Source: Chiloscyllium plagiosum | Lineage: Eukaryota | Assembly (NCBI RefSeq): GCF_004010195.1 | Contig: NC_057758.1 | Location: forward strand, 7,870,935-7,934,934 | Length of the DNA: 64,000 nucleotides | Direction: 5' to 3' | Shown: one piece after another, positions 52,701 through 64,000 of the stretch | Layout: every line of letters begins with the position of its first letter | Numbering within the stretch: position 1 is the stretch's first letter | The notes under the pieces: model-generated | Told to the model about the DNA's origin: nothing | The model's input: the letters and a program-made list of their open reading frames with translations, nothing else | Databases searched by the model: none | Made by a program: the position numbers and the translations under genes

Positions 52701-53144
52701 TCAGACTGTTAAACACAAGTTAGGTGTGTTACTGCTCAGTGTGAATGCTGCTGTTTCCTATCAACACTGAAGGAAGCACGTTGTAGATCTACAAATTAAC
52801 CAGACTTTTCCCGATTTCTCACCAACCCATTTGATCGCTCATTAATAAAACTAGCACAGAAATAAAATTCAAGAAAACTGAACTGAAGACAGAAATTGCT
52901 GAAACTCTTACTCGGTCGAGTAGCATTTGAATCGTTCTTTTTGATATTTACTGACCTTGACATTTGCTTTGAGCAGACATCATTTACACGAGTTTTGTGC
53001 ACTGGTTTTCTGATGATTGGTGATGAAATTGCGCTTATAACAAGGTTAGTTTGTCTTAGTTTTTTTTTTCAAGAGAGATCAAGGTGGAAGTGCTGAAATA
53101 TCTGGGCCAGAGCGTTGAGAAAAGTGGCAGGGGAATGGTTAGTT

Positions 53145-56100
53145 ATAGAATCAAAGAGTTAAAGTGTTGTACAGAACGGAATCAGACTCTTCTGTCCAAC
53201 TCGTCCATGCCGACTCGATAACCCAACCCAATCTAGATCCACATGCCAGCACGCGGCCCATTTCCCTCCAAACTCTTTCTATTCATGTACACATCCAGAT
53301 GCCCAATAAATGTTGCAATTGGATTAGCCTTCACTACTTCATCTGGCAGCTCATTCCATACACGTACCAACTACTGCGTGAAAACGTTCCCCCTGAGTCC
53401 TCTTTTCTCGGGATGGGACCATTCGCAGCCGCTGAATCGCCAGCGCCCTTTCACCACCGAGGAAGCTTCGCCACTGCCCATTGGTCACTGAAGACAATTC
53501 TCCAGTTTGCGACAATGCCAATTTGTGGAACATGAATTTTTAGTATGGAAACATATATCATTAGTAAACGTGGTTTTTGTAACAGGAATCTTTGGTATGG
53601 AAACAGATATTATTTTATCAACTTGGAAATAAAATGTTGATAAAAGTTACCACGATGGTTTGACATATATTTTTGATAAACTATCCAAGAGTGGTTCATT
53701 TATTCAGTTTTGGCGATGTGAACAAAGGGGCAGATGTAATGGACGGATCCACACCAAGAGTGGCACTGTGATAAAAAACAATTAATGGACAGAAACATTC
53801 TCCTTCCGCAGCAAGTGGCAAAGTTGGGAAAGTGAAAATAAGTTTAAAACTTCGTGCAGAAGAATCTCAGGAATTACCTAGTGTTCTTATTAATGAATAT
53901 TTAGCTGATGTCCCTCAGTCAGTTCTAGCACCTTTACCGACGACAAGCAACATGCAGAAAATAATTTGACGAAAAAGGAATGGTATTCGTTTAGCGCCAC
54001 AAAATCCTACTGATCTTCAGCATTCGGTGATTCCAATCAGATACAAAGTATTTAAGTTGGATAACGGAGGAGAAGAAAAACTTCTTTTGGCGGATAGTGG
54101 TCAAGAACATAATCGAATAATCATATTTGGTAGGGAAACTTGGATACATCATTTAGCAGAATCCACCTGGTTTGTGGATGGTACATTCAACATAGCCCCG
54201 ATGTTATTCTCTCAGGTATATTTTCTTTTAGAAAAGAGAATTGATCGGGTTCATCCAATATTGTATATACTTCTACCAAATAAGCAGCGTTCACCGTATG
54301 TTTGCATGTTTGAAATGGTGAAGTCCTTGGTACCTAATCCCAGACCACAGTATATCCATTGTGACTTTGAGCAGGCAGCTGTCAGTGCGATGAGAGAATG
54401 TTTTCCAGAAGTTAGAATTAGGGGTCTTTTCTTTCATTGGCGCAAAGTATGTATAAACATATTGCTGCAGTTGGAGCAACTCGTTAATACAACACTAATC
54501 CTGACGATGCTTTAAAAGCAATAATGATAATTGATTTATATTTGGAACAGTTGATAGCGGGTTACATTCCACAAATAAAGCTTAAAAAGTATCGAATCGC
54601 AGATGGTAGAATTAAAACAATGGTTGTTGAATATGGCAAAAGAAATTGCTTGGGGAGGAAAAACAATCACTACATATATATCTTTCCGATGGAGAATAGT
54701 TTCCAGAGGTGAAACGACCCCAGTGGAGAAACGCTGGTGGCCAACCGACGGTGGCTAATCGGCGGGAGCGCATGTCCTTCGGCGAATCGTCACCAACCCT
54801 TTTTTTCTATCTTACCCCACTCACCCTAAACGTATTCCCTCTGCTTCTGGACTCCCACAAGCATGGTAAGAGACTTTGTTTATTTATCCTATCCGTGACC
54901 CTTAAGAGTTTATAAACGTCAATCCAAAGCCTCCGACGTTCCAGGGAATATAGCCCCAACCTATTCAAGCGCTTCCTGTCGCCCGAATCCTCCAACTCTA
55001 TCAACGTTCTTATAAATGTTTTCTGAACCCTTCAAGTTTCACAAAATTCGTCTGATAGGAAGGAAACCAGAATTGCACGCAATTTTCCAAAAGTGGCCTC
55101 ACCAATTTCCTGCACAGCCACAACATGACATCCAAACCACTGCACCCAATATTCTGAACAATGATGAAAAGCATATCAAACGCCTTCTTCACTATCCTAT
55201 CCAACTATGACTCCACTTTCATAGAGCTATGGACCTGCACTCCAAGGTCTGTTTGTTTACCAACACTCCCTGGGACCTTATCTAAAAGTGTATGAGTCAT
55301 GCTAAGATTTGCTTTCCGAAATAGTAGCACCAAGCATTTATCTCAATTAAACGCTATCTGCCACTTCTCAGCCCATTGGCCCATCTGATCTACATCCCGT
55401 TGTAATCTGACGTAACCTTCTTCACTGACCATGATATCTCCAATTTGGTTGTCATCTGCAGACTTGATAAATATACTTCTTCTGCTCACATCTAAATCAT
55501 TTATATATAAGAGGAAACGTAGTGGACCTAGCATCGATCCTTGTGGTACTCCACAGGCCTCTAGTTGGAAAATCAACCCTCCATCACCACCATATGTCTT
55601 CTACCGTTCAGCCAGTGCTGAGTCCAAATGGCTATTTCTCCCTGTATTCCATGAGATATGACATTGCTAACCAGTCTCCCATTGGGAACATTGTCAAACG
55701 TCTTACTGAAGTCCATATAGATCACGTCCCCCGCTCTGCCCTCATCAGTCCTCTTCGTTGCTTCTTGAAAAAACTCAATCAAGTTTGTGAGACATGGTTT
55801 ATCACGCACAAAGCCGTGTTGACTATCCCTAATCAGCCCTTGTCTTTCCAAATTCATGGACATCCTACCCGCTGGGATTCCCTCCAACAACTTGCCGACC
55901 ACCGATATCAGGCTCCCTGGTCTATAATTCCTCGGCTTGTCCTTACTACTTTTCTTAAACAGTGGCACGTCGATAGCCAACTTCCAGTCTTCTGGCACCT
56001 CAAATGTGACTTTCCAACATACAAATATCTCAGCAAGGGGCCCATCAATCACTTACCCAGCTTCGCACAGAGTTGACGGGTACACCTGATCAGATCCTGG

Positions 56101-56670
56101 GGATTTATCCATTTGTATGTGTTTCAAGACATCCTACACTTCCTCCTAGGTATTATGGACATATTTGAAGATGGCACCATCAATTTCCCTACATTCTATG
56201 TCTTGCAATTTCTTTTTACATAATTAACACTGATTCAAAATGCTCGTTTACTAGCTCCCTCATCCGCCACACAAAGGTCGCCTTGCTGAACTTTGAGGTG
56301 CTCTGATCTCTCACCAATTGCCCTTTTTTCTTAAATGTATTTGTAAACTCCCTTTGGATTCTCCTTAAATCTATTTGCCAAAGCAATCTCATGCCCCCTA
56401 ATTCCCCTCGTGGTTTCCCTCTTAAGTGCACTCCTCCTGCCTTGAGACTCTTCGAAGGATTTTCTCGATCTATCTAGCCTATACTTGACAAATGCTTCAT
56501 TCTTTTTCTGCACAAAACCCTCAATTTTATTCGTCATCCAACATTCCAAACACCTATCAGGCTTTCCTTTCAACATCACACGAATATACTGTATCTGGAC
56601 TTCGTTACGTCATTTCTGTAGGCTTCCCATTTTCCAGCTGCCTCTTCACCTGCAAACATCTGCCCCCAGT
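53145..56670 (-). mobile_element. CR1 LINE (RT half + 3' UTR), split by a Mutator-like insertion
   Basis: NYRPGSLISVVGKLLE, SQHGF..CLTNLIEFF, DVIYMDFSKTFD, GVPQGSMLGP, KSADD, LVRPLLENCVQFW. Confidence 0.92.
53410..54799 (+). mobile_element. Mutator-like (MULE) DNA transposon with FLYWCH-type Zn finger, decayed
   Basis: YIFDK..FWRCEQRGRCNGRIHT; WFVDGTF..FSQVY, HPILYILLPNK, IHCDFEQA..FPEVRIRGLFFHW; TIRs gggatgg-gaccattcgc / gggttggtgacgattcgc; T-rich imperfect ~9-bp flanks. Confidence 0.88.
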
Positions 56671-57084
56671 TCTCTCAGTCGAGGTTTATTTCTCGTTTGT
56701 TTTAGTTTTAACAATGGGTGTTCCAGTGGAGAAAGGTTCCAAGTTTAAGCCGCTGGTTCCTGAGTGGCATTCTATCTGGAAATCTCTCCTGCCTGTTAGA
56801 ACCTGTGTTTATATTTATAGATTGCTGGGGTGTGGGTTTATGCGATGTTGCGGGAAGTGGAGCAGTTATTTGGCTAAGTTTTTATTTACAGTCTGTTTAG
56901 TGTTCAGTTGAATCAATTATTCCAAACTATTTTTTGTTTGTGCTTTGCTTAAAGATGATTGGTAGACCAGCTGCATCACACCAGGAATATCCACCTCACA
57001 TCTGCCGTTAAAATAAGAAAAACATGTTAAGGTCTGGGCTACCTTCTTAAAATATTTTAAGGAGGCCTGGCCTTGTCCCTAACA
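56670..57084 (+). mobile_element. Solo-LTR-like fragment
   Basis: Homologous to 1-489; ends ..tccctaaca. Confidence 0.45.
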
Positions 57085-58532
57085 CAACTCTTGTGATATA
57101 ATATGTCGGTGCAGTGTTAGGGAGCATTTCATTGCAGTCACGGTGATATATTGAAAGCTATAGCTATTGTCTATCTTTCAATATATCTCAGTTCTTTCAT
57201 TACTGCAGTTGAACAACCCTCAGAATGAAAGCATCGTAGGTGAACCATCAGCACAGGTAGGGCAGTGGTTCATATGATACGCTGTCACCCGGTTTACAGA
57301 CTCGTGAGAATTGACAGTTCATGCCGTCTTGCTCTACACAAGCTTGTCAATATCGAAGATTCGAGCTTTATTAAAAAAAAATAGTGTGAAATGGATGTAA
57401 ATGCTTTATAGAAACAAGTGGAACCAAATAAACAACATAATAGGGGTTTAGATAGGGTTGACCATGAGAACCTTTTTCCACGTATGGAGTCAGCTATTNN
57501 NNNNNNNNNNNNNNNNNNNNNNNNNNNNNNNNNNNNNNNNNNNNNNNNNNNNNNNNNNNNNNNNNNNNNNNNNNNNNNNNNNNNNNNNNNNNNNNNNNNN
57601 NNNNNNNNNNNNNNNNNNNNNNNNNNNNNNNNNNNNNNNNNNNNNNNNNNNNNNNNNNNNNNNNNNNNNNNNNNNNNNNNNNNNNNNNNNNNGACAATGC
57701 TGCGATAAAATTCCAGCGCCCAGTAGCATCTCCCTCCCCTGAAAATCGCATACTGGTAATTGCTGGATCTGCATGGTGTCAAAGTTAAATCGAGTAGTTT
57801 CATTTCCATCTCTACGCCAGAAAATGTTCTGTAATGAAACAAATTATCAGGCAGCCCTCACTCCAATCATTGTCCCCGGAGCCTGCAGCCTGGCACTGGG
57901 AGAAATAGGAAGAATGCGGAAAAGTGACATTATCTCACACTCACAGTTACCCACCAGGCACATGCTTTGGAGGGGTTGAAAGATCTTAGAAACGCTGACA
58001 CAACGCAATATGAAACAGCCACAATCGACAGGAGGAGCTCTTCCTCCCCAACCCGTGTCCAGCTCACGGACGTTACTTCCAGCTAACAGCTTCTTGAAAA
58101 TTGACCGTGACCTGTGCAGAAGTGGCACAGTCTCTATGGAGCCACGGACTTGGAGATGAGTGCTCTCCTACCCATTAGACTTTAAATACTGAAACGACTT
58201 GGCTGATGGACCTCAGTGTGCATCACTGCTCTCGACAGATATAGTGGAAAATGCCATTCCTCTGTCCAATGTGCATTTTCTGAATCTTTCCCTTTTGCTC
58301 CCTTACCAGTGAATCGCATATTGTGTTTTTGTCACTGGCTCTCTGTTTGTCGCCGCCATTCCACCCTTTTACCTGTTTATCAGAGAACCTTGCAAAACAT
58401 AACCATGTATTGCCATGTGGCCCCAACCCATTCATTCCCATTGGCTGGAGGACCAGCCTGGTGCCCCGTTCCCTCACATTGGAATGATAATCGTAATGTT
58501 GAGGAGCCAGAGCTGGGCTGGTGCAGACAAAG

Positions 58533-58678
58533 TTAAAATTCGCACAACATTAAGTGATAGTCCAATAGGTTTATTTGGCTGTTATAGCTTCAAGAGTGCT
58601 GCTCCTTCTGCAGGAAGATACCCGAAGCTTGTACTTTTAAATAAACCTGTTGAACACTAACCTGTCCCTGTGTAATTG
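58533..58678. mobile_element. Palindromic Penelope-derived mini-element (second family) with decayed hammerhead
   Basis: Arms tagtccaataggtttattt / aaataaacctgttgaacacta; minus strand ctgcaga-a-ggag-cagca-ctct-tgaagcta. Confidence 0.55.
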
Positions 58679-60614
58679 ATTGATGGCCTTGTCAGCTGCT
58701 CCAACAGAAATGAACCCAGGGTCACTTTGAGCATGCGATGATCAATCTGACATCCTGGGAACGCAGATAGAATGGTTTCCCACTCTCTCGGAACTGTGTG
58801 TACGTCAACCGCCATGTCAGAAAGCCTCAGAATGAGGAATGGGATCGGGAGGCAGAAAGCAGAATTCCTCAATTGAAGATCTATCTCTAAGCGATATAAC
58901 TATGGATTGAGGAAACAGCTGGTTCATTTGCATTAACAGAGCAAACAATTTTCTGTAATAGAAAAATAAATTGCCAGAGAAACATAAGAGGAGTGGCAGT
59001 ATTTGGATAGAGAGAACGGTTACAATTTTAAATTCATTGACTGCTTGTCAGAACAAAATTTAATTCTGTTGATAATAACCAGTGTTTTGCTCCAGTTCTT
59101 ATTTTGATCAGACGTTGGCGAGAATTGCCGAGTTTTCAACCCAGAATTCCACACTAGGCGGAAAGCAGTCTCTCTCCATTACCAGGATGGGAACCTGCCC
59201 TGACAGTTTCCTATTTTGAATGATATTTTCCATCTCGCTGTGCTGTCTGCCATTCTGATTGCATTTCTCTCTCTTTCTTTGTTCTTTTTTCATTGCCAAT
59301 TTGTCACGTCATTATCTCACGTTTCGGACAGTGAAATCTATAGCACAAACAAGTACAGGACTGAAACAATTAATGTTTGGGCCTTCGGTATTGTTGCCAA
59401 TAAGAAGCACCTGGGGATGCCGATAAATAATTCTTTGAAGTTTTGCATCACGCACAGGCAAGNNNNNNNNNNNNNNNNNNNNNNNNNNNNNNNNNNNNNN
59501 NNNNNNNNNNNNNNNNNNNNNNNNNNNNNNNNNNNNNNNNNNNNNNNNNNNNNNNNNNNNNNNNNNNNNNNNNNNNNNNNNNNNNNNNNNNNNNNNNNNN
59601 NNNNNNNNNNNNNNNNNNNNNNNNNNNNNNNNNNNNNNNNNNNNNNNNNNNNNNNNNNNNNNNNNNNNNNNNNNNNNNNNNNNNNNNNNNNNNNNNNNNN
59701 NNNNNNNNNNNNNNNNNNNNNNNNNNNNNNNNNNNNNNNNNNNNNNNNNNNNNNNNNNNNNNNNNNNNNNNNNNNNNNNNNNNNNNNNNNNNNNNNNNNN
59801 NNNNNNNNNNNNNNNNNNNNNNNNNNNNNNNNNNNNNNNNNNNNNNNNNNNNNNNNNNNNNNNNNNNNNNNNNNNNNNNNNNNNNNNNNNNNNNNNNNNN
59901 NNNNNNNNNNNNNNNNNNNNNNNNNNNNNNNNNNNNNNNNNNNNNNNNNNNNNNNNNNNNNNNNNNNNNNNNNNNNNNNNNNNNNNNNNNNNNNNNNNNN
60001 NNNNNNNNNNNNNNNNNNNNNNNNNNNNNNNNNNNNNNNNNNNNNNNNNNNNNNNNNNNNNNNNNNNNNNNNNNNNNNNNNNNNNNNNNNNNNNNNNNNN
60101 NNNNNNNNNNNNNNNNNNNNNNNNNNNNNNNNNNNNNNNNNNNNNNNNNNNNNNNNNNNNNNNNNNNNNNNNNNNNNNNNNNNNNNNNNNNNNNNNNNNN
60201 NNNNNNNNNNNNNNNNNNNNNNNNNNNNNNNNNNNNNNNNNNNNNNNNNNNNNNNNNNNNNNNNNNNNNNNNNNNNNNNNNNNNNNNNNNNNNNNNNNNN
60301 NNNNNNNNNNNNNGCTCTATGGACTGGGCGGGACTGGAGATGTGAGTGACACATCTGTGTGGATATCAGAACCGGAACAGCATTCTGCTCAACTTTTCGT
60401 CGTGTATGTTTCACTTGAGTTGAGTTGGTGCCCGTTTCCAAACTCCCTCTGCGTAGCCCAGTAACTTGGTTGAATTGAAGGACGTGGTAAGTTTAGATTT
60501 CATCGTTCCACTGCTCACTATTCCTTTTTTCCTGTCCCAGTTACAGTGTTACGGTTCTGAGGGCTCTTCCAGATGCTGGGCTGTGGTCAAACTCGGTGCT
60601 GGTTTGGGTATATA

Positions 60615-62338
60615 GAAAGTGGATGAGAAGCGTAGCTGTATTGTATGCCATCTGTGCTTGGTGCAGGACCATGGGGTGAAAATGGAGGATTTTCGGCTAA
60701 AATCGATCCTATAGAGGCGGGATTGCCTACTTGCCTGCAGCTGAAAAGGCTGTTGTAGTATCCAGGGGCATAATCGACTCTGGTGATAACTAACCGTATT
60801 GTTTCCAGTATCCTTACTACTTTCCGATCAGAAGACAGCACACATGTCGGCAGCACGTTGTCTCAGATAAAATACTGTGCTATTGGAGATGCCTAAGGTT
60901 ACAAGAAAGCGACATAACGTCCTTAACCCTGCCAGCTTTATCCCCAAAGAAGGAGACGGAGATCCACATGACTGTGTTGCTTGAACTAATTAAATTTGTA
61001 GCCCCAGACCAGATTTGCAGGATTAACCACTTCAGAATCCAAACATGGAGATTTTATTGTGGATTGTTCAACATCCACACGAAAAATAACGAATCAATTT
61101 CTCAACGCAATGCAAAGGCGGACACAGCGGCAATGACGGCAGCCCAGCAGCCACCAAGTGATCAGTTTGACATGGCGATAACAAAAATTTGTACTGCAAA
61201 AGCAGACGTATGGTGATTACGGTGGAAGAGAAGTGTGAGTAGACAAAGACAGGGTGCTGCGGGAGGGAAGGGGTATAGTGTGGCCCGAATGGTAAACCCT
61301 GTCTACCGCGATCGTTATTCCCATTCTATTGCAAACTGACACATGGTAAGGACAATGCGTCAAAGTGGGGAGGGGTGCGTATAACAGTATTTCGGCACAC
61401 TGATACACTCAAGAATTGACACATTATTCCCAGAAATATTGTGAACGATGTGCTGGCTGTGCCACTAACAATGTGGGGAGTGGAATACTGATGCGTCAGG
61501 CAACACAACCCCAAACCCACAGATCATTTGGCCATTTACAGATGGATTTTATTGAAGTAGCACCCACAGAAGGGAAAGGGTATTGTCTGGTCATAGTTGA
61601 TATGTTTACCAAATGAGTAGAAGCCTTCCCCATGTCGAAGCAGAATGCCAGTGTAGTAGCCAAGGCTTTGCTAACTGAGATAACTCCGAGATGGGGCATC
61701 CCTGAAAGTCTTAGTAGAGGCAATGGGACACGATTTGTTAAAAACGCCCTACAGCAGATCGGTAATTATTTGGAACTAAACATGAGACAATACTGTGTCT
61801 ACCACCCAGCGAACGGTGGAGCAGTGAAAAGAGAGAATGCCACCCTCAAACATAAATTAACAAAATGGAACGAGAGATGATATGGACAAAGGCACTTCCG
61901 ATTGTGACAATGTAGATGAGATCTAGGAGGAGAGCAAAGCCAATCTTAGTCCGTTTGAGATTTTGTTAGGTCGGCCGCCCAATGCAGGAATTGGCCCAAG
62001 ACGGAATGTAAGACAGCTAACAGACCACTGTGAGGATGAGATGTTGTATTACTGTATAAAACTACTGACATTCTTGCCTCAAATTCAGAATCAAGTGAAA
62101 GCTCACTTCCCAAACCAGCAGAAGGGAAGCGGCACGATCTAGAACCTGGAGACTGGATAATGGTGAAAGACGTGATGAGGAAAACTGGATGACGAAGAGG
62201 TGGCTGGGGCCGTTTCGACTGCTTCTTATAGCAAAGACAGCTGTTAAGATCGCAGAAAGAGACACGTGGGTACACGCCAGCCATTGCAAACGTACAGCTG
62301 GAGTTGAAGAGACATCGGACAACACAGGAAACAAATAA
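60615..62338 (+). pseudogene. pol: Endogenous retrovirus pol (connection, internally deleted RNase H, integrase), copy 2
   Basis: SAKIDPIEAGLPTCL, LNPASFIP..DPHDC..PRPDLQD*PLQNP, FIVDCS jumping to HTKN..RNAKADTAA; LQMDFIEV..IVDMFTK*VEAFP..ITPRWGIPESL. Confidence 0.92.
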
Positions 62339-62370
62339 GTGCAAGTAGCGATAAGAAGTCTCGTACAAAT

Positions 62371-64000
62371 ATGGTTCTGCCCCAGCTCACAGTGTTAGCG
62401 AGCTCCCCGGCAGGACTATTCGTAAAGGCAGGGACACCTAGAATGCGGCCGCAGACAGTTATCTTATCCGAGGATGCTAAATTGACTTTATATGCAACCC
62501 ATGGACGTTTAGTAACCACGACGAGTATAAACGGGAGAACAAATGCTTATGCAGGGATCCTTGTGGTCCCAGTGACTGGCACTTAGTAGGAGCCAACACG
62601 GCTACAGGGACACCTGACACGGGAAATATGTATTCTATTATCAAGGAAGCCAGTACCAGGGCATAGGTGATATAATCCAAGACTCAGAAGAGCGATGAGG
62701 GAGTCTAGTGATGTGGAATTGATAGACCCTTCTCTGTCAGCTATAGGCAGGTGAATACAGTGGAACAGTGCTCCACACACCCCCAAGTTCCTCCCACCCA
62801 CACCCCACCCTCCCCCACCGATTCAGAAGGACTTACAGAAGATAATAACATGGCAACCAACCAAACCTCATTATGGACCTTACCTCAAGCGGGGCTGAGC
62901 GCATTAATGTCACGCCCGAACCCGGAAGGAGTCGGCCAGGGCTCGGGAGCGAGTCTAACGCTGTAGTGGAATTGGATCTGCAGGAGATAAGTGGCGTAAA
63001 GGCGACGCCAGTAGGTTGCGAGGTGCGAAGAACCATCGCTCAATGTGAAGGAAACAAAGCTTGTGTGTTGGCCCGAATACAACACAAATGAATAGAGGTT
63101 GGCGACTCTTGTTGGATATATTTTCACACAGATCAACGGCATACTGCCGAACCAATTACAGAGCCGGACAAAAAATGTTAGCTGCCTGCTTACGTGAGAA
63201 GCAACTGCCCTGACACTGATAGGGGAAGCAATTAGGGCAAATCTCGCGCCAACACACGAAGGCAGGGGAGAAAGAAATTTGCAGAAATCTGAGGAGACTC
63301 CACTTGGGGATCTCCAAGTGTATTTGACACTGTATTTGAACAATGACTCTTGCTCAGCAACCGATGCAAATGGTACGATCATCAATAATACTTGTTCCTT
63401 TATCAATAATCAGGCTATGATGACGGGTATAATATGAGCATGTGAAGCGAAATGGTACCACCACTTTCCCCTATGTTTGAAGGGGTGCGTCTACCCTGCG
63501 ATACTGTCCACTGGCACAACAGTGTTCGTCCCAAAGGCCAGTAGCGGGCGATCCTGAAGGGGTATCCCACGGCATTGGAATGGCTACACACTCACAGACA
63601 CTTGCACTACACCGGGAGCGAATATTAGGTGGTCTATTCTCTTGAGAGCAGGGACAACGGTCTCGCACATAGCGTATTATTGTTAGCATATGAGATAGAG
63701 AAAGGTCTAGCACTCATTAGTACTGGGTTAATGGCAGTAAGGGAAGCAGTGATATAAAATCGGTTAGTACTCGACATACTGAGGGCCGAGAGAGGGGGCG
63801 CCTGCAGAATGATAGGTACCTCATGCAGATGAGTCCCAACATATCAGTAGTGTAATAAATCACATGAAGGCGGCGATACGACAGCCTCCCCCAGTAGATG
63901 ACTCCTGATTCTGAAGGCTCACCTTCTTTTGGGGAGGATGGGCTTATTGGATCTGGCACATTGTACTAGTTGTAGGACTGGTCTTACTAATAGTGCTTTG
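62371..64000 (+). pseudogene. env: Endogenous retrovirus env (decayed), copy 2, runs off the window
   Basis: MVLPQLTVLASSPAGL; CWIY; furin-like Q*R|AI; VREAVI*NRLVLDILRAERGGACRMIGTSC (ISD + CX6C). Confidence 0.88.

Noticed and set aside
57693..58490. Possible exon or zinc-finger remnant
   Set aside because: No convincing motif or periodicity by eye; needs a homology search
59216..60441. Long ORFs here and at 5063-5663, 10002-10822, 18388-19024, 50343-51116 and 57294-57842
   Set aside because: Their length comes from N gaps
1..64000. CRISPR arrays, operons, rRNA or prokaryotic defence systems
   Set aside because: No regularly spaced repeats or dense coding; content is vertebrate retroelements and spliced genes

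Overview
Repeat-dense, gapped draft sequence from a vertebrate, most likely a shark. This is inferred from HE1/V-SINE-type SINEs, CR1 LINEs with an esterase ORF1, Penelope-like elements and the GPR139-like receptor family; nothing looks prokaryotic. Host genes form a small cluster of two-exon class A GPCRs of the GPR139/GPR142-like type. One is apparently intact (exon 1 39660-39804 + exon 2 43998-44923, 356 aa; exon 1 is missing from the ORF track). Two are pseudogenes (minus strand 14133->9393; plus strand ~22843-23578). A decayed C2H2 zinc-finger array is also present. The rest is mobile DNA: many CR1 copies (two near full length), two inverted copies of a decayed epsilon/gamma-like ERV (pol+env) that share inactivating stops, a SCAN-gag Gypsy LTR element, a Mutator-like transposon nested in a CR1, and Penelope-like elements. 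Several Penelope-derived fold-back elements carry minimal hammerhead-ribozyme motifs. A ~2.1 kb near-identical duplication flanks an assembly gap. Leading hypotheses: (1) the receptor cluster is a birth-and-death, possibly chemosensory, family with an olfactory-receptor-like promoter; (2) the window holds palindromic non-autonomous elements bearing hammerhead motifs. Repeat boundaries were read by eye and are approximate.
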